Below are positions 61,319-64,000 of a DNA stretch of 64,000 bases, piece by piece. The position numbers and the translations under genes were made by a program. The stretch is from an uncultured Candidatus Micrarchaeota archaeon (GTDB taxonomy: Archaea > Micrarchaeota > Micrarchaeia > Micrarchaeales > Micrarchaeaceae), in contig CAVXBR010000011.1 in the NCBI GenBank assembly GCA_963760035.1, positions 365 to 64,364 of the forward strand. Reading direction: 5' to 3'. The notes under the pieces are model-generated. The model did not search any database and was not told the origin of the DNA. It saw only the letters and a list, made by a program, of their open reading frames with translations. Positions within the stretch are counted from its first letter, which is position 1, and each line of letters starts with the position of its first letter.

Positions 61319-61822
61319 TCAATACTTTACAAGTGATATTGCTTCCCCTTCCAGATTTTTCCTTCCGTTCAGCTTGGTAAACTCGATGACAAAAGCGAAT
61401 GCGCTCATCTTTCCCCCTAAACTCTTCACAAGCTTCGCCGCCGCCTGTGCGGTCCCTCCGGTGGCAAGTACGTCGTCGACCAGCACCACGCTCTGCCCCC
61501 TCTTTACCGCGTCCCTATGCATCTCTATGGTGGCGCTCCCGTACTCGAGGTCGTAGCTGACCATCACCTTGTCGTGCGGAAGCTTTCCCAGCTTCCTTAT
61601 CGGTATGAAGCCCTTTCCCATCTTTATCGCAAGAGCTGCCCCGACAACAAATCCCCTCGACTCCACCCCGACCACGTAGTCTATGGTCCTGCCGTCTAGC
61701 CTTGCGGCCAGCTCGTCTATGCAGGAGCCAAAAAGCTTCGGGTCGGCGAACAACGGAGTTACGTCCTTGTAGGATATTCCAGGTTTAGGGTAGTCCTTTA
61801 TGTCGCGTATCAGGTTCCTCAC
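61319..61822 (-). CDS. apt: adenine phosphoribosyltransferase
   Basis: PRPP-binding motif VVLVDDVLATGGT, and an N-terminal IRDIKDYPKPGI segment. Confidence 0.85.
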   Translation of the reverse strand: MRNLIRDIKDYPKPGISYKDVTPLFADPKLFGSCIDELAARLDGRTIDYVVGVESRGFVVGAALAIKMGKGFIPIRKLGKLPHDKVMVSYDLEYGSATIEMHRDAVKRGQSVVLVDDVLATGGTAQAAAKLVKSLGGKMSAFAFVIEFTKLNGRKNLEGEAISLVKY

Positions 61823-61844
61823 TGCCTTCTCGTCGAAGATGGCA

Positions 61845-62417
61845 TCACCCTAGCTCGGATGAGATGCCGCACTCGCTCAGAAATAGTGCGTCGCCGCTGG
61901 TGTAGAGGTTCCCCGACCTTACTGCAGTCGAATTGGTGTCGCTGTAGTTTATGAATATGGATGGCTCGCTGTGCGAGATCGCCAGACATGACGATATAGG
62001 GATCACCTTTGTGCCGTTTGCCGATCCAAGTGGCCCGTTGGGTGCCAGGCATGATGTCGAGTTGGCGATTATCATGAGGTCTATGGTGGTCATGTTCCTG
62101 TGGTGCGACCTGCTGGCCGTGATGCTCTCGATCAGGTTGGATGCGCAGCCGTCAGCGTAGGCGAAGCTTGAGCCATTGAGGTAGGTGACATATATGCCGA
62201 CCCTCTGGGCAGCATAGAAGCTGTTTTCGAAGCCCTGGAGGCTCTGCTGGCCGCCGCCTCCCCCGCCCAGGATGGTAGAGCTCGCCAGGTAGCCCAGCAC
62301 TAGAGCTATGGCGATCACGGCCACTATTATCACGGCAGGCACCAGGTAGCCGCCACCTTCGCTCTCGGCGGCCTTTGTTGCCTTTTTACTCTCCTTTGAA
62401 GCCTTTGCGCTTGCCAT
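61845..62417 (-). CDS. hypothetical membrane-anchored protein
   Basis: Start moved to MASAKASK (62417), which removes the overlap with the upstream gene. Single TM helix, then an extracellular domain. Confidence 0.4.
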   Translation of the reverse strand: MASAKASKESKKATKAAESEGGGYLVPAVIIVAVIAIALVLGYLASSTILGGGGGGQQSLQGFENSFYAAQRVGIYVTYLNGSSFAYADGCASNLIESITASRSHHRNMTTIDLMIIANSTSCLAPNGPLGSANGTKVIPISSCLAISHSEPSIFINYSDTNSTAVRSGNLYTSGDALFLSECGISSELG

Positions 62418-62421
62418 TTGA

Positions 62422-63921
62422 TCACTTTCTTGAAAGCAGTTGTGCCACCAGGCATGAGCTTCCCGCTGTGCTCGCACCGTTGGCGTAGAGGATCTCGCCG
62501 TAGAGGCCCTTGTAGACAATGCCGTTGCCCGTGGCGCTGAGCGCCACTACCGGAGTGCCTGCCCCGAGGGCCAGGTCTATGCAGCCGACGCCCAATGGCG
62601 ACACCGTTCCACCTGCAACGCAGGAGTAGTTTGTTGCTTCAACGATCTTGACCGTCTTGCCTTTTGAGCTGAGTATTGATGACACCGCACTGGCGCAGGC
62701 CGACACGCTCTGGTTTCCGTAGGCCGCGCTGCCGTTGAGCACCACGTAGGCCGCCTTGCTTGTTTGCAGGTAGCTGGTGAAGTAGGCGAATGGCAGGAAG
62801 TTTGTCGCCGCCTGGGCATAGATGTAGGTTACGTAGGCGTATATCAGGACCAATATGAAGAGTACTATGAACAGTATGACCCAGGCCATGGTGGAGCTCC
62901 TTGACCTTCTCAGCTTATGCCTCCTTGAGAGGCGCCACCTGGTTGCGAGATAGAAGAGCGCCAATAGGAGGACTCCAATTATGAATGAGAGCAGCGCCGC
63001 GTAGGTTGGCGCCGAGGCTATCTTCGACGGCACCGATGCATTTGAGCCGGAGATCATGCCGTTTATGAACCATCCGTCGAGCAGCTTCACCAGGTAGCCC
63101 ATGGTCGTTATTGGTGTAAATACGTTGAGCTGGAGTCCTATCACCTGCAGGCCAGGCAGCGCCGCCGCGACCGCTGTCGCGTTGGGCCCTGCGCCTAGCT
63201 TCAGGTCGATGCTCTGCAGTTGTGCAGCGAGCTCTGCGAGCTTTGGCGGGTCATTTTTGTAGTTGAGCTCTGCCGCGAGCGCGGAGAGGGTGTAGTTTGA
63301 CGAGTATGCTGATGCCTGGGAGAAGACCGCGTTGGCGGATGCGTACTTGGCAAGCAGGCCTGACAGCAGGGAGTTGAAGCTGGAAGCCTCGGTGGCTATG
63401 CTGACGTTCACACCGTTGGAGAGTATGGCCGAGAAGGATGACTTTAGGCTGGAGAGCGAGTTGCTCAGGTTCGAATCGTTGCTCTTCGCCAGCAGGGCCG
63501 TTACCTCAGCTAAGGTGGCATTGTATTTGGGATAGGTCGTATTGAGGAATGCCTTGTAGGGTCCTGAGTTGGCCTTCAGGTTAACCTGGTTTATGTAGTA
63601 GCCGGCGCTCGCGGCTGCTGCGGCGCTGTAGGCACTTATCTCGGCCTTCGAGGGTATCTGTGCGGCGAGTTGCTGCTGGGCCGAGCTTATTGATGTTAAT
63701 AGGCTGCTGTTGATGTTCATTGGTGCGCAGAAGCCCGTTGCTACGCAGTACCAGGGTTGCTTGTTGGCCAGGCCGGCGTTGCAGTTGCTGAAGCTGATGG
63801 TCGATGGTGGAGGCAAGAGCGTGTTGACCGATAGCTTCGTCGACACCGCGCTTATGTTGGAGATCTGCGCCCCGATGGAGGCGAGCCTGTTGCCCGCGTT
63901 GGAGGCGTTTATGCCCTGCAC
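62422..63921 (-). CDS. hypothetical large secreted/membrane protein (N-terminus may lie beyond 63921)
   Basis: Ala/Ser/Asn-rich helical region, then two TM helices and a C-terminal domain. The reading frame may continue toward the window edge. Confidence 0.4.
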   Translation of the reverse strand: MQGINASNAGNRLASIGAQISNISAVSTKLSVNTLLPPPSTISFSNCNAGLANKQPWYCVATGFCAPMNINSSLLTSISSAQQQLAAQIPSKAEISAYSAAAAASAGYYINQVNLKANSGPYKAFLNTTYPKYNATLAEVTALLAKSNDSNLSNSLSSLKSSFSAILSNGVNVSIATEASSFNSLLSGLLAKYASANAVFSQASAYSSNYTLSALAAELNYKNDPPKLAELAAQLQSIDLKLGAGPNATAVAAALPGLQVIGLQLNVFTPITTMGYLVKLLDGWFINGMISGSNASVPSKIASAPTYAALLSFIIGVLLLALFYLATRWRLSRRHKLRRSRSSTMAWVILFIVLFILVLIYAYVTYIYAQAATNFLPFAYFTSYLQTSKAAYVVLNGSAAYGNQSVSACASAVSSILSSKGKTVKIVEATNYSCVAGGTVSPLGVGCIDLALGAGTPVVALSATGNGIVYKGLYGEILYANGASTAGSSCLVAQLLSRK

Positions 63922-64000
63922 CAGGCTGAAGTAGGAGTTGAGGCTCGCGTTCAGGGTACCGTATTCGATCGATAGGTTCTGGAGGCCTGCCCCGAACGGG

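Noticed and set aside
1-64000. rRNA genes, CRISPR arrays, transposase-type insertion sequences
   Set aside because: None were recognised on either strand. The only repeats found are those listed above.

Overview
This is an archaeal chromosomal window. Evidence: aRF1, Pelota, RtcB, a RibL-type nucleotidyltransferase, CCA-less tRNAs, a C/D-box sRNA, and TATA boxes about 30-40 nt upstream of start codons. Housekeeping genes occupy 0.1-4.3 kb, 12-21 kb and 42-64 kb. They include a frameshifted thrC, FKBP, a sugar nucleotidyltransferase, an ABC-2 exporter, Amt, RtcB, Pelota, P5C dehydrogenase plus proline dehydrogenase, carbamate kinase, TatD, SerRS, aRF1, APRT, and tRNA-Ala, -Arg, -Gln and -Leu. 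About 21 kb of mobile DNA lies between tRNA-Ala (21034-21105) and about 42 kb. Its first part runs from a tyrosine integrase to a candidate 12-bp attR at 33671-33682 and carries the headline feature, a complete diversity-generating retroelement (DGR) on the minus strand. The DGR consists of a DGR-type reverse transcriptase (28436-29546, interrupted by a 1-nt frameshift in a G11 run), a template repeat (29582-29681), and two tandem paralogous target genes, each with its own variable repeat (30030-30129 and 30713-30812). In my hand alignment of the 95-bp core, all 22 (VR1) and 18 (VR2) mismatches fall on the 26 template adenines and none on the other 69 positions. The second part (33.7-42 kb) looks AT-richer by eye. 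It encodes VapBC and a tightly packed eight-ORF minus-strand operon with two HerA/VirB4-type ATPases, a polytopic VirB6/CedA-like protein and a VirB2/CedA1-like pilin candidate, which together resemble an archaeal conjugation or DNA-transfer (type IV secretion-like) module. A second putative cryptic element (4.37-11.5 kb) has a translationally coupled small-ORF operon with RHH regulators, a 12-bp-phased iteron array and an AT-rich block of Ser/Thr-rich surface proteins. I saw no rRNA genes or CRISPR arrays. All homology calls rest on motifs read by eye, not on searches.
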